A DNA stretch of 64,000 nucleotides. Origin: Lama glama. Lineage: Eukaryota. The notes beneath the pieces are model-generated. The model saw nothing but the letters and a program-made list of their open reading frames with translations. It had not been told where the DNA came from and searched no databases. The translations under genes were made by a program, and so were the position numbers. Of the stretch, positions 1 through 12,380 are shown in pieces; positions within the stretch are counted from its first letter, which is position 1, and every line of letters begins with the position of its first letter. The DNA is taken from positions 17,486,001 to 17,550,000 of the forward strand of contig CM052832.1 in assembly GCA_028534125.1 (NCBI GenBank). The letters are read 5' to 3'.

Positions 1-140
1 GATTGTGGGTATGAGGATTGAGTTAGGATTAAACCGAAAAAGGAAAAAAACGGAATTCAATACGATACTGCAGAACGAATTGCATGGATGAAGGACATGA
101 TTTTGCCTCATTAGCGTCTGAGGAGGTGCCACCGTCAGCA

Positions 141-222
141 GACGAGGTGGCCGAGTGGTTAAGGCGATGGACTGCTAATCCATTGTGCTCTGCACGCGTG
201 GGTTCGAATCCCACCCTCGTCG
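141..222 (+). tRNA. tRNA-Ser, anticodon GCT
   Basis: GACGAGGTGGCCGAGTGGTTAAGGCGATGGACTGCTAATCCATTGTGCTCTGCACGCGTGGGTTCGAATCCCACCCTCGTCG: 82 nt cloverleaf, long variable arm, intact A/B boxes, anticodon loop CT-GCT-AA. Confidence 0.97.
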
Positions 223-739
223 CGAGGTTCTCTTTGGACATCTGCCTGGGTACCTGAAGGCAGTGGTTCCACGAGAACAGCCCCTTTACCGGAATAGTTC
301 CGTATTCGCCGCTTAGTTGTGAGTACGGTCAGTATTTACTGTCAGATGCTTGATTATACTCACGCGGAGTCTCCAGATATTTTTCTGAGGAGGCAATTAG
401 TTAATTGAGGGGCACAGGAAAATATTGCCTAAACCGATATGTACAGCAAATATGTACTTGCAGATATTTTCAGCCTATTTTTAACTACTGCAATTTTCAC
501 CCAGTTTGCTCATTTAAAGTGTCCCCCTTCCCAATAAACTACTTAAACATTACTAAGGATCTCTGGCTTTGTGGAGGAGGGTATGTTGCTTCCCAGGAGA
601 ATTATTCGGTCTTCAGTTTTGAACAGAGTAGGAGAGCGGAATACTGCTGTAAGTGACGACAAATGTGCTGTGTAAAGCAGCAGAATGTGTTGTTTCATGT
701 TCAGATGTCTTACCAGGAAGTACAAAAGCGTCTCCTCAG

Positions 740-811
740 AGGTCCCACCGAGATTCGAACTCGGATTGCTGGATTCAAAGTCCAGAGTGCTAACCATTAC
801 ACCATGGGACC
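740..811 (-). tRNA. tRNA-Gln, anticodon TTG
   Basis: Reverse complement GGTCCCATGGTGTAATGGTTAGCACTCTGGACTTTGAATCCAGCAATCCGAGTTCGAATCTCGGTGGGACCT, 72 nt; T4 terminator just downstream (plus-strand aaaa 724-727). Confidence 0.97.
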
Positions 812-1060
812 AACTGAGAAAGTAAATAACCATCCGTAGTGGTGGTTAAATAATTCCTCCATAATAACTTCGGTAGCTCCAGTGCAAAAGAGTTAGGTCA
901 GGCTTCAGTGCGATAGACACTGAGACAGATAACAGATAATGAAATCTGATGCTTTATTGTTGCTGGGGAAGAGGTAATGGGAAAATTATAATTTGAAGCA
1001 ATCTGGGCGCTCTCTCTTCCGCTTCCGCCAGGAGCGTAAATTAGCTTTCTGGAAGACCAG

Positions 1061-1365
1061 CAGGGGCGGATCCAGATTTTTGTGAAGTCTGAAGCTTACA
1101 CAATTTAGGAGGTCCTTTTTAAGAAAAAGAATAGACATAATCAACACAAAATTAGATACAGCCACTCCAAGGCATGTATGATGTATGCGAGAAAAGTTGG
1201 AGTAAAAAGAGGCTGCAGTCTTCACCAATTTCCACTATAAAATACTTTTGGAAGTTTCACAAAAACATCTGTTCATACAGGGCGTCCCCTTTCAGGGCCT
1301 TGGAAAGGGCTCAGGCAAGTAAGGTGTCTTGAGGCACTTAGTGAGACTGGATAAATATCCCTCCA
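1061..1365. mobile_element. Non-autonomous hAT-type DNA transposon fossil (ORSL/MER53-like)
   Basis: Starts CAGGGGCGGATCCAGATTTTTGTGAAGTCTGAAGCTTACACAATT and later has AGGGCCTTGGAAAGGGC, resembling the consensus as recalled; family name uncertain. Confidence 0.5.
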
Positions 1366-3339
1366 AAGAGCAGTTTGGCAATATCTATCAAAATAATCTC
1401 TAGCTCAGCAATTTTTCCTTAAAAACTCATCCTATAGAAATACAAAATATTAAAAAAAAACTAAAATATATGTCTAAGGATGCTCACTGTAATATTTTGC
1501 AATATCAGAAACTTGAAAATGTGTCCATTCACTTAATGGGAATAATAAACATCTACTAAAAAGAATGGGATAGATATATGTACCCACAGGTTGGTTTGAC
1601 AAGTTTTTTTTTTGCAAGTTTATGATTTTATTTAGTGTGTTAATATCACCTCATTGAGAAGACATGCAATTTTTAAAAGTTGAAGTCAAATTCACATAAC
1701 ATAAAGTTAACTGTTTTGAAGTGAACCATCCGGTGGCAGTTAGGACATTCAGAGTTTGTCCAACAATCTTTATCTAGTTCCCATACATTTTCATCACCTT
1801 AAAAGGAAACCTGATACCCATTAAGCAGTCACTGTTCCATTTCTCCTTCCCCTCAACCCCTGGCTACCATTAAAATGCTTTCTGTTTCTATGGATTGATC
1901 TATTCTGGATATTTAGTTTAAATGGAGTCATACAGTATGTGACCTTTTGTGTCTAGCTTCTTGCGCTTAACATGTGTTTTCAAGTTTCCATGTTGTAGCC
2001 TGTATCAGTACTTATTTCTTTTTATGATTGAATAACATTCACTCGGTTTGGCAAGTTTTTGGAGAGGATTTAGTCTAAGTTTAAAACAAACAAAACCTGG
2101 AATGTTCTGAATCGTAATATATAGCATGACCTAATTTTTGTAAGTCATAGTTTATGAGTTTATATATTCATTTTTAAAATAGGTTTGAGGAATATATCCC
2201 AAACTCTTGGCATGAGTTTTTCTGAGAATTGGAATTGGAAATGAAGGAATGTCCCACTTTTTGCCGTGTTCACTTCTGTGATATATATATATATATTTCA
2301 CGTTAGTAATTAAAAGTGAAAATCCCCCTCCCCCCAAATTTAATGCCCTTCAGTTGAGGACTTAGAAGTCATGTTTACTCCTACGTTCTCAGCATGTCCA
2401 TGATCTTGGCACGCAGAAAATGAAAGAGGTGGAAGCTAGAATCCCTGACTGCAAAGGATTAGCGGTTGATTAGGGGAAAACCACAAAAGATAATTGCAAC
2501 ACGTTAATAGTGGCTAGGAAAATGAATGGGGAGCTCCATCTCTGTCCTTTGAGGAGCTGATGACTTGGGCACATAGACAAAAATTTTATATACAATTTCA
2601 TTGGGTTTAGCGACACACCCAAGGCCATTTACAGACCCCAAGGGTAAGAATTTTTGATTTAGAGATTTCGAAACAAAAGAAATATTCTGATTCTTCAGTC
2701 TCTTGAATCAGAAATGCCTAAATGTGAGTAATCAATACAGAACGAAGTAGAAGGAAAGAGAGAATAGGGAAAGGAAGCCATTCAGCAATTCAACAAACAT
2801 TCCTCGAGCATATTATTTACTGAGCGCTCTTAACAAGGCCACAGGGGCACGCTGGGTGGGCAGGAGGAAGGGGAATCAAGGCTGGCACTTGGGATGATTC
2901 CTGTGCTTCTAGACCTTCGGCAGAAACCGGCTCCTCAGCTTTTCCCTCTTGAAACAGAGTTTTCTCTGCTTAACTGCATCTACTCTAGCACTGCCAGCCT
3001 CATGCATCTTCAAATACTTTGCCTGGCAGAGCACACTGCCTGAAGGATCATGAGCCAGTTGGGAATTTTCTGGTTGCCCCACTCCAGTGACTCGTTAGAC
3101 TCTGAAAACACGTCCCGATTTTGCTCGTTAGTTTTTTGGGGCCAGTTTCCCGGAGTTGTTTACAGCGTCGTTCACAGAGCCAGAAATGGCATAAATGGCT
3201 ATTGCTGTAGTTAGGGGAGGAAGATCACTGTATAGGTCTTGATTTTTCCCATCTGTAAAATAGATCTTACAGTTCTTTTTCGAGTCTGATTTATGGTGAC
3301 TGGGAAAGGAGACGGTGGCTCAAATCTCATAAGAAAAGG

Positions 3340-4000
3340 CCGGGCGGAGCCCACAAATTCCCTGACTTGACATTCGAGGCAGGAGGCTCTTTTACGTTTG
3401 TCTTAGGATGCCGTGGTGAGTACCGCGGGTCTGAGTGCTAGAGATACGGTTTATCATCGTGACAAGAAAACCCGGAGCAGCCTCTACCCTAGCTCTAGTC
3501 ACCCCGTGAACCTTTTTTTCACCGAATGACAGAGAACTGGGTAACTAGGGAGTGAAGGCTCTGTGCTTCCCGACCTTCAGGAGTCCCCGGTACCACGACC
3601 ACCGAGATGAGATGACCACCTGGAATCCTAGAGCGGAACCGGAAGTGAGCGTAGCTCCCCGGGCCTGGCGGGAACGTGCCGGGGCCTGAGGCGAGTGTGT
3701 CAGGGGAACCGTTCCCTCGGCTTGGGAGTATTGCCCGCGGCCCGGTTATCTGGCTTGGCGCCAGAGGGGTCAGAGCTCCTCAGAGGTGGAAGCAGCGGCT
3801 GAGGGGAGGGTGTGTCTGCGCGGCGACCATCGGGCCTCCTCCGCCGACGGCTCGTGGTGTGGGAGGAGCCCTCACCCCTCAGCCCGGGCCTGGGCTACCC
3901 GGAGGGTCGTTTTCGGACAGATCGCTCTGGTTTCCTCGCCGGGGCTCGTACTCCCAGGCTTTATTTAGGGCCAAAGTCTCCTCAGTTTTCCATCTCCCAA
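3340..4000 (+). promoter_or_regulatory. CpG-island promoter of SCAND3 with tandem ETS/GABP-like sites
   Basis: GC- and CpG-rich stretch upstream of the SCAN exon; CGGAACCGGAAGTG at 3634-3647; GC box GGGCGG near 3342. Confidence 0.7.
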
Positions 4001-4273
4001 GTAACCCCGCAGCTTTAGTGAGTAGTTCTGTGCTCACTATTGTCGGTCTTGTCAGAGGATGGCTTCACTTTCAGTGGAATTGCTCAAGTAATTGCCCGGT
4101 TGTCACCCAAACAAAAATTTGTTTCAGCTACGTCTGTACTTTTTGTGTGTTAACAGGGTTTTCTTATATCAAAAGCTTTCCTTACCAAGGCGTGGGTGGG
4201 GACCTCAAGTAAAACCACCCGTCTGCCTTGCCTGGACCCTAGTCGAACAGTCTTCCTCTGAGCTGAACTAAGG

Positions 4274-4693
4274 ATGGCGGCAGCCCCCGGGGTCCTCCCA
4301 GCCCAGGCTGGCCAGGCTTCAGAGGAACCAGGGGAGATTATCCAAGTAAAGGTCAAAGAAGAAGACCATATCTGGGATCAGGAATCCTGCGTACAGAGGC
4401 ATTTGTCTCACACCAGGGAACTCTCTCGACAGCGCTTCAGGCAGTTCTGCTATCAGGAGACTCCCGGCCCCAGGGAGGCGCTGAGCCGACTCCGGGAACT
4501 TTGCCGTCAGTGGTTGAGCCCCGAGATACACACCAAGGAGCAGATCCTGGAATTGTTGGTGCTGGAGCAGCTCCTGACCATTCTGCCCGAGGAGCTCCAG
4601 GCTTGGGTGCAGGAGCAGCATCCTGAGAGTGGAGAGGAGGTGGTGACTGTGCTGGAAGATTTGGAGAGGGAGCTGGATGAACCTCGACAGCAG
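4274..4693 (+). CDS. SCAND3: SCAND3/ZBED9 coding exon 1 (SCAN domain)
   Basis: MAAAPG...[48 protein letters not shown]...[11 protein letters not shown] is a canonical SCAN box; donor CAG|GTGAGA at 4693/4694; 420 nt, phase 0. Confidence 0.95.
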
Positions 4694-5447
4694 GTGAGAA
4701 ATTGGAGGTTGGAGGTGCCGTCTTTTGCGGAGAATTTGAGTGCATGGGTCCAAGGTGGGGGAAGCGGGACTAACTTCTCACTGATGGCTGCGAATTCTGG
4801 TTCTGGGCATTATTATGTGATCGCTGATGTAGATAAATAGAATCATGCTTCTGGGATAACAGTTTTCATGTAAATGATAGCTAATCCTAGTAAGTAGATC
4901 ATTTGGCCAAATGGGAAACCTTGGTCTATCTCTTACCAGTAGAAAATATATGTTATTTAGTAACTGTAAGATTAAAGTAGCTATCCCTTCTTATGACATC
5001 TACTACTTTTACCATGTATGAAAGCAAATCATTGTAAGAATATGAGGAATACCTTCTAGGCGAGATAAATAGAGAAGCAGCCTAATTTAATGGAAATATC
5101 AGGGAACAGTGAATCATAAAATCTGGGTTCGATGATAGTCTCACTAATTAGTGTAACCTTGGGCATATCGCATCTTCTCTGGGCTTTAATGTCTTCATGT
5201 GTGCAATAAAGAGATTAACTGCATCATTTTCTAGAAACTTTTCAGTACTTGCAGTTGTTGATATGTGAGGTGTATTGAGCGCAGTATTCTTTTACCATTA
5301 CCCTCAAGGTTATTTTTAAGAGCATATACTGCTTTCTGTGACAGTAATTTTAGAACATTATGGATATTGCCAAACACTTACATTTCTGTAATGATACCGT
5401 CCATACATTCATCTGAACTCTTTTTGAATATGAATGTTTTATGTATA

Positions 5448-7875
5448 CAGTCTGATTTGTTAAAACACATTTTTCTAGAATGCAAAACCTTTCACATGAG
5501 ATCAGTAAATAGGGAAATGAGTGAGTGTAATGATGAAATTTGCCGGCTCATACATGACTTCCCAGAAAGTTGACATTTGGGGCCACCAAGTAAGAGCAGC
5601 TGAATACAAAGTATGTGACTACAGCGAATGCAGCAAGTTACAAAGACATAACAGTACTGTACATAATGCTGGTTCACCTCCACATCCTTCCTCTTGGCTC
5701 TGTTGGCCCCAGTCACTGTTTTGGTAGTGCTTATTTGCATAGTTTCCTCCCATTTTGGTGCACTTTTTGCTAAAGTGTTTTGTATTCCAGAAAATGAGCA
5801 AGCAAGGGGGTTTGCAAGTGCCACAGAAGCATCTTGGTGATAAAATTTCTGCTAGTGAGTATAAAACATGAAAAGACTTAACAACTGAAGAAAAGCTCAA
5901 AATTATAAAACGTTTTGAGAGAAATGAAAGAACATGTGACACTGATTGTGCATCTGGCATTAGAGTCAACTTCACGAACAATTAGAAACAATGCTGGGAA
6001 AATAAACAAAATTTATGTAGCCGGAGCAGCAGCCAGTGCTACAAAATCTGTTAGAACAAGGCTAAGGAAATGGAAGAAATGGAACACTTGTTAAGTGTGT
6101 GGATTGAATACCAAACAAAGAAGCAATCAGGGCAACCTTTCTCAAAATTAAAGAGAAGATGTTACCAATATATAAAGACCTTAAGAAGAAAGTGGAAAAT
6201 CCTGCAGAAGTGCCTTCATTAAGTGCAAGTAGTGGCTGGTTTAGTGGCTTCAAGAACCACTATCATTTCCACAATGTCAAGCTCTCTGGTGAAGCTGTGA
6301 GTGCAGAAGCTGCAAAGACATTTTCTCCAGTGTTAAGAAACTTAATTGATGAAGAAGGCTATAACCTGGATCAGACTTTAATTTTCATGAAACCAGTCTC
6401 TGTTGGAAGTAAATGCCCTCAGGAGCTTATGTCTTGAAGAAGGAAACATAAACTCTAGTGTTTAAAGCTACAAACAATCAACTGATTGGGATACTGAGTG
6501 CAAATGCCAGTGAGGATTTAAAGCTAAAGCCTGGGTAGTATATCACTCTGCCCCCACAAGCTTTAAAAGGAATTGTAATGACTAGCTGGAGGGTTCTGCT
6601 ATAGATCTAGCAAGAGAGGCTGGATGACAGGGCAGATATTTACCTATCTTCTAGGTGATGTTTTTGTAGATGATTTTTTTAAATATTGCAAGAGAAACCA
6701 TTTGTCTTTCAAAATTCTTATAATTCTCAGTGATACAGTTACTGAACTTTCTTCAAATATTAGAGCTCTCTTTTTACCTACTAATATAACTACTTTACTC
6801 CAGCCCCTTGATCACAGTGTGATCATAGCCTTTAAAGCTTTTTTTTTTTCTTTTGGTCAATGTAGATATTGGGGATTGAACCCAGGAACTCGTGCATACT
6901 AAACATGCTGAGCTATACCTCCCACCCCTAAAGCTTATTATTTAAGGATAACATTCAAGATGTATATTGTACCTACAGGGGGTGATAATGCACACGCAGT
7001 GATTGAATTCTGGAATTGACTCAAGATTAAACTTACTGAAATTATTGTGGAGGCCTGGAATAATGTCACAAAAGCCTGCTTGCATGAGGTGTGGTGTAAA
7101 ATTTTCCCTAATTTAATTTATGATTTTAAAGGCCTTGAACCTTCAGAAGAGTTCCCCCAAATCAAAGCAAGCTGTGTTGCTCTTGCAAAGGAGGTTGGAT
7201 TTGAAAAAGTTGAGAGTGAAGATACTGAGGCTTAGATGGAAGATGTGCTAAGGTGATGATGCATTTCAAAAAGCTGCCCCACAAGAACTTTTCACTTCTC
7301 AGTTATCTTCTGCTTTAAGTATGATAGAGAAGCAGTTGCAGTGGATAGAAGATAATAACTACAATGCAGAACATGGCAGGATTACACTTTGTGCCATAAG
7401 GTCCTATTTGGAGCCATATAAGCAGTTTCTTTTTGAAGGAAGAATATTTAAGCAACAAACACAGTGTCAAGTAAAACAAAAACAAGATGATGAGCCCGAA
7501 CTATCATTATATTTCTTGTAATATCACTACATTTTTGGGAAATGTGCAAATGCTTGTTCACCTGAACTTCTGGTGATGATAGCCTTCCATCCTTGCCTCA
7601 CCCTTTCCTTACACCTCTTTCTAGCAAGATACAATCACCTTTCTAAGGCAAAATCCTATACTTAAAGTAATACTTTTTTATTTTAACAAATCTTTTTGAC
7701 TATACTTGTGTTTTTACTAGAATTGCTATAGTTTTATTGGTGCTCTCATGACAAAGTTGTGTAGAACTTAGTCTACCCTAAACTTTATTTTCTCCATGAT
7801 TCCTGTTATTTTTTGTGCAGTTTTGCAGAAAGCATATTTTTTTCATGAGTTCATATGTTATCGCATAGATGCCTG
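5448..7875 (+). mobile_element. Near full-length Tigger/pogo (TcMar) DNA transposon fossil in SCAND3 intron 1, transposase disrupted
   Basis: TA|CAG...CTG|TA ends; broken ORFs with CENP-B/pogo motifs (LTTEEKLKIIKRFERNE; ASSGWFSGFKNHYHFHNVKLSGEAVSA; LPTNITTLLQPLDHSVIIAFKA); many stops and frameshifts. Confidence 0.85.
6841..6928 (-). mobile_element. tRNA-Ala-derived camelid SINE (Vic-1-like) inserted in the Tigger
   Basis: ggggattgaacccagg...gagctatacc head on the minus strand, T-tail, TSD TAAAGCTT (6833-6840 and 6929-6936). Confidence 0.8.
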
Positions 7876-8299
7876 TATAGGCAGTCTCTTACCTCTAGGC
7901 AACACACCTTTTCTCTTTGTTTCAAATAAACAGTAGTGATTTTTTCCCTTAAGATATACCTGTTACTTTAAAATTTTTCCTCTTCTAGCTTTGTTGAAAA
8001 ATGCAGCCATTGGTAGGCCTTGGTGTTTGGTCATTCCTGGGTAATGTTCAGGGTTATGCCCTGATCATATTTGATAGTTTTTCATATGATTCAGGGTTAT
8101 AGATATTTCTTAGTCTTGTTGAATATCAAGTTTGCATAAATGTTTCTCATTTTTCTTGTTTCTATGTGATTTCTGAAGGAAAGGGAAAGACGCCATTGTT
8201 GCAGATGCTTTTAGCCGCCAACCTGATACATACCTCTTCTTCCTTTAAAAATGTTGATTTTGTTCATTTTGGCTATGTACCTAACTAAATACTTTTTGG

Positions 8300-8670
8300 C
8301 TTCCCTTGTACTGGAGTTGGCCGTGCAACATAGTTCTGGCCAGAGAGAAATAGGCATATTTTCTGGGGGTTTCTGGAGAAGTTTTTACTTTCCTTACAAA
8401 GTGGCACAAGTGTGTTTAGTTCTGCCTTTTCCCACATCATCTCTTGAATGTGAATGTGATATCTGGAGCTGTGGTAGCCACGATGTGATGATAAGCATGA
8501 TGACAAATGCCAATATGTTATGAATGGCAGAGCAGAAATATAAAGACAACTAGGGTCCCTGACAAAACTGTTAGGTATGGGAATCAATTCCAGTAACTGC
8601 CCTTCTCTGGATTTCTTAACATATGACAAAAATGAACATAGTCCAGAAAACATACATATTGGATGGTGTG
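8300..8670. mobile_element. Old MaLR LTR fragment (MLT1-like)
   Basis: MLT1-like motifs such as gttctggccagagaga, gatatctggagctgtggtagcc and aactgcccttctctggatttctt. Confidence 0.5.
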
Positions 8671-9006
8671 ACAACTGAATTTATAGATTCATATTTTACA
8701 AAGTTAAGTAAATTAACTTACATAAAGGCTGAAAGAAAGAATACATTAGAGCTTTAAATAGGTCCTTATTTACTTCTGGTTTCCCAAGAAAGTGTAACCT
8801 AATGAAATCCCAGTGTAACAAACAGTGCCATATGGATGATTTGGAGGTAAACATGCTTTTCTGTTGAAGGCAGTGTTTATTCAAAGTCAGTGGTAATAAC
8901 TTTTCTTTTTAATATTCCTGCCAGATAAACCTATTTGTGATCATTGATATCCTCTCCTATTCATTATCTTCCTTATTTAACTATACCATTAGTAAAGTTT
9001 GATACT

Positions 9007-9311
9007 GTCATAGTCTGTTCAGGCTGCTATAACAAAATACCACAAACTGGATGGCTAATAAACAAATAAAAACAATGGTCCTGGAGGCTGGAAATCCAAG
9101 ACAAGGGTGCCAGTATGTTTGGGTGAGAGCCCTCTTCTGGGTTGTACATTGACTTGGTGCCATCTGTTTTATTACAGGACTAATCCCATTTATGAGGGCT
9201 CCACCTTCATGACCTAATCACCCCCAAAGCCCTGCCTCTTAAAACCATCACTTTGGGTGTTAGAATTCCAACATGTGAATTCTGGGGGGACACAAACTTT
9301 CAGACCATAGC
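9007..9311 (-). mobile_element. MaLR LTR (MLT1-type)
   Basis: tagtctgttcaggctgctataacaaaataccac...gagggctccaccttcatgacctaatcac...cacaaactttcagaccatagc. Confidence 0.75.
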
Positions 9312-9699
9312 TGAGTCCAAGAGATACTACCTGCCAATGTTAAGTAACATAAAGAAGTAAGCAAACAGAACCCAGGGAAGCTGAGGAACACAGCCAACCA
9401 GCCAGTGTCCACTGAAGTGAATTCTAAGAGGATTATCTTGTTTGGTGATAACTTAATGAGATATCACTATATTATAGATTCATCTATAGCCAGTGAAGAT
9501 ATCTGTTCTGCTTAGAACCCCAAACTTGAAGACAATAGAAAATAAAATTCTACCCACTGTCTTAGGAAAAACAAAACTAATTGCTTATTTAGAAGTTTTA
9601 TTCCTATGTATAAATAAGCATGAAAGAATCAGTAGGAAAAACTTGAAGAGTAAAGAAGACAGGAATAGTCTTAAGTCTTATTAGATACTAACATACCAT

Positions 9700-10760
9700 A
9701 AAGCCTCTTTACATAAAATTGTGGTACAGACACATGAATAGATGGCTCAATGAAACAACAGAAAATACCAAAGTTGACTGGATCACATATGAAAATTGAG
9801 TATACGATATATGTGCCATCTCAAATCACTGTGGGGCGAAATGGTGTTCTACATAAATGGTGTTCGGACAAAGAGATAGACATTTTGAAAAGAAACACAT
9901 GAAGCCCATAACTTGCACCATATCCCAGAACCAGAATAAACTTTACATGTGTCAGAGATCAATATATAAAATTTTAAACATCCAGGAATAGGAGAAAACA
10001 TGAATGACTTTTAAAAATAATCTGGATATATAGAATTACTCAAAATCCAGAAGTAATATCAAAAACTTTTTTTCTACATGGAACATTTTAAAAATGGAGG
10101 CCAAAAAAAAAACCCCACAAGCAAATCAAAATAATAAACTAGCAAAATGTTTGCAAAATATATCATAGATATAAGTGAATCTCCTTAACAAATGCAATAA
10201 AAATGATCAAGAGACATGAGCAGGTTTTTTTTTTTTACAAACAAATGGCTATGAAAATATGCTTAACTTCAATCATAAAAAGAACAAATCACAACAACAC
10301 TGAGGCACCATTTATCACCTATCAGATTGGCAAAAGTTTAAAAGCTTGACACAATCTGTTAGCCTGACTGGGAAAACAGGTACTTTCATATGTAGCTGGT
10401 AGAAGTGCAAAATGGTACCATCTCTACAGAGGGATTTTGGCACCATCTAACACCTATTTATCAATTTACCATTTGACCCAGCAATACTGCTTTTGGGAAT
10501 TTACTTAGAAATTCTTGTTTAGAAGTTACTTACAAGGCTACAACTAAGAAACAACATAAGCATAGTTTTTCGTTGTAGCATTTGTAAAAGCAAAATATTG
10601 TAAACAGCCTACATGCCCTTCCATATAGTGGCACATCAATATAGCAGTCCTATGTAGACACAGAAAAAGAATAAAGAAGATATCTATGAACAAGTATGAA
10701 ATGATTTCCAGATAATATTTTTATATTAAGTGAAAAAGGAAGGTGTAAACTATTACATAT
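9700..10760 (+). mobile_element. Degraded L1 (ORF2 end / 3' region)
   Basis: L1-like motifs such as ccatttatcacctatcagattggcaaaa and ccatttgacccagcaatactgcttttgggaattta; no intact ORF. Confidence 0.6.
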
Positions 10761-11301
10761 AATATAAAAAGTATACACATGTTTGCATTTAACTTGTATA
10801 TATAATACATGTGTATATACATGCAAACATATATGTGTATATATAATGTTTTTACTTAGTTTTACAAAATATATATATATATAATGTTTTTACTTAGTTT
10901 TACAAAAATAAACACAGAGGGTAAAGCATCAACAACAAAGAATAGTTTCTGGGAGTAAGGGAGATGAGAATGTAGGCTATGAGCAAGACTTCTCTGAATA
11001 TAGATTTTAATTTTTTAATATGTAAATGTTTTAAGTATTTTAAAAATATTAAATTCAAAAAGATAAACAAATGAAGTCAACAGTATATCAAATTAATAAC
11101 AATAATAGAGGAACAAATAATTCAAGTGATTTGAATATAGTATTCTGACCACATACTCTTAGTGGGATACAATCTATGGACCTATAAAACTACAGAGCTA
11201 TGTTAAATTTTTCTTAGTAGGTATGTTGTTGGAAGCTTTCTGCAACACAAAGCATTGTGCTTCTGAAACTATTTTGTGTTATTGTAGTTTAGAGCAAGTG
11301 A

Positions 11302-11346
<45 letters not shown>
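11302..11346. repeat. (TG)n(TA)n compound microsatellite
   Basis: Directly visible. Confidence 0.95.
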
Positions 11347-11839
11347 GTTTTGAACTGCTTTTTTTCACTGTGGGAGAAGGGAGATATTAATATGAAATAT
11401 GGAAAGGTGAGGAAATTTCTATGGTTTTGAAATAGAATTCACGGTATTTTATAGAATGTATTTACTAGCTGTATCCATGAAAAGGCCTACAGGTAATGAC
11501 ACCTCATTAAAAATGAGCCTTCCTACTACTCAATCTCTGTTACTAAAGACTGTTGTCCTCTAGAATAAATAAAGGCTTCTTGGAAAAAACAGTTGAAACT
11601 AGGTTTGAGACAGGAAAAATCCAATATGGTTCTTGTACTGTTTATCATTCTAGAAAGCTTGGATATGCTATTAAAAAGAACACTAGTGGGATCATATCAA
11701 AAGGATTCAGGAGCCAGATTAAAGGGGTTCCCACCAGCCAAATCTGAGTCAGTTTGAACATCAGAGTGAGTAAGGATAGAATGGATTTTAAAATAAGTTT
11801 ATAGTGATACCCAGAAAGAGAAACAGACATAACTGAAAC

Positions 11840-12380
11840 ATGGAAGCAATCTAAATGTCCATTGACAGATGAATGGATAAAGAATATGTGTATATATATA
11901 TAATGGAATATTACTCAGCGATAAAAAGGGGTGAAATAATGCCATTAGCAGCAACATGGATGGACCTAGAGATTATCATACTAAGTGTAGTAAGTCAGAC
12001 AGAGAAAGACAAATATCCTATGATATCACTTATATGTGGTATCTTGACATATAAAAATGACACAAATGAACTTATTTACAAAACAGAAATAGACTTGCAG
12101 ACATAGAAAACAAACTTACGGTTACCAAAGGGGAAATGGGTAGGGGGATGAGGGGATGAATTAGGAGTTTGGGATTAACAGACAGACACTACTATATATA
12201 AAATAGATAAACAACAAGGACCTACTATATAGCATGGGGAACTATATTCAATATCTTGTAATAACCTATAATGGAAAAGAATATGAAAAAGAATTATATA
12301 TATGTATAACTGAATCACTTTGCTGTACAGCTGCAACTAACACAACCTTGTAAATCAACTATACTTCAATTCTAAAAAAA
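11840..12380 (+). mobile_element. L1 3' end (cetartiodactyl type)
   Basis: [28 protein letters not shown] is the L1 ORF2 C-terminus; followed by a typical 3' UTR ending aaatcaactatacttcaatt plus A-tail. Confidence 0.85.

Noticed and set aside
29..833. Short ORFs at 29-241 and 543-833 (also 23708-23983, 30964-31191, 36075-36296)
   Set aside because: Chance translations across tRNA genes
3676..4212. 178-aa ORF upstream of SCAND3
   Set aside because: GTG start, GC-rich CpG-island sequence, no recognisable domain
4319..4753. Antisense ORFs over the SCAN exon
   Set aside because: Shadow frames of the real coding exon
4694..4840. Extension of the SCAN ORF to 4840
   Set aside because: Read-through into intron 1 past a consensus donor; the spliced frame continues at 13775
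6159..7521. Tigger ORF fragments as a TIGD-like domesticated gene
   Set aside because: Multiple stops, frameshifts and a SINE insertion
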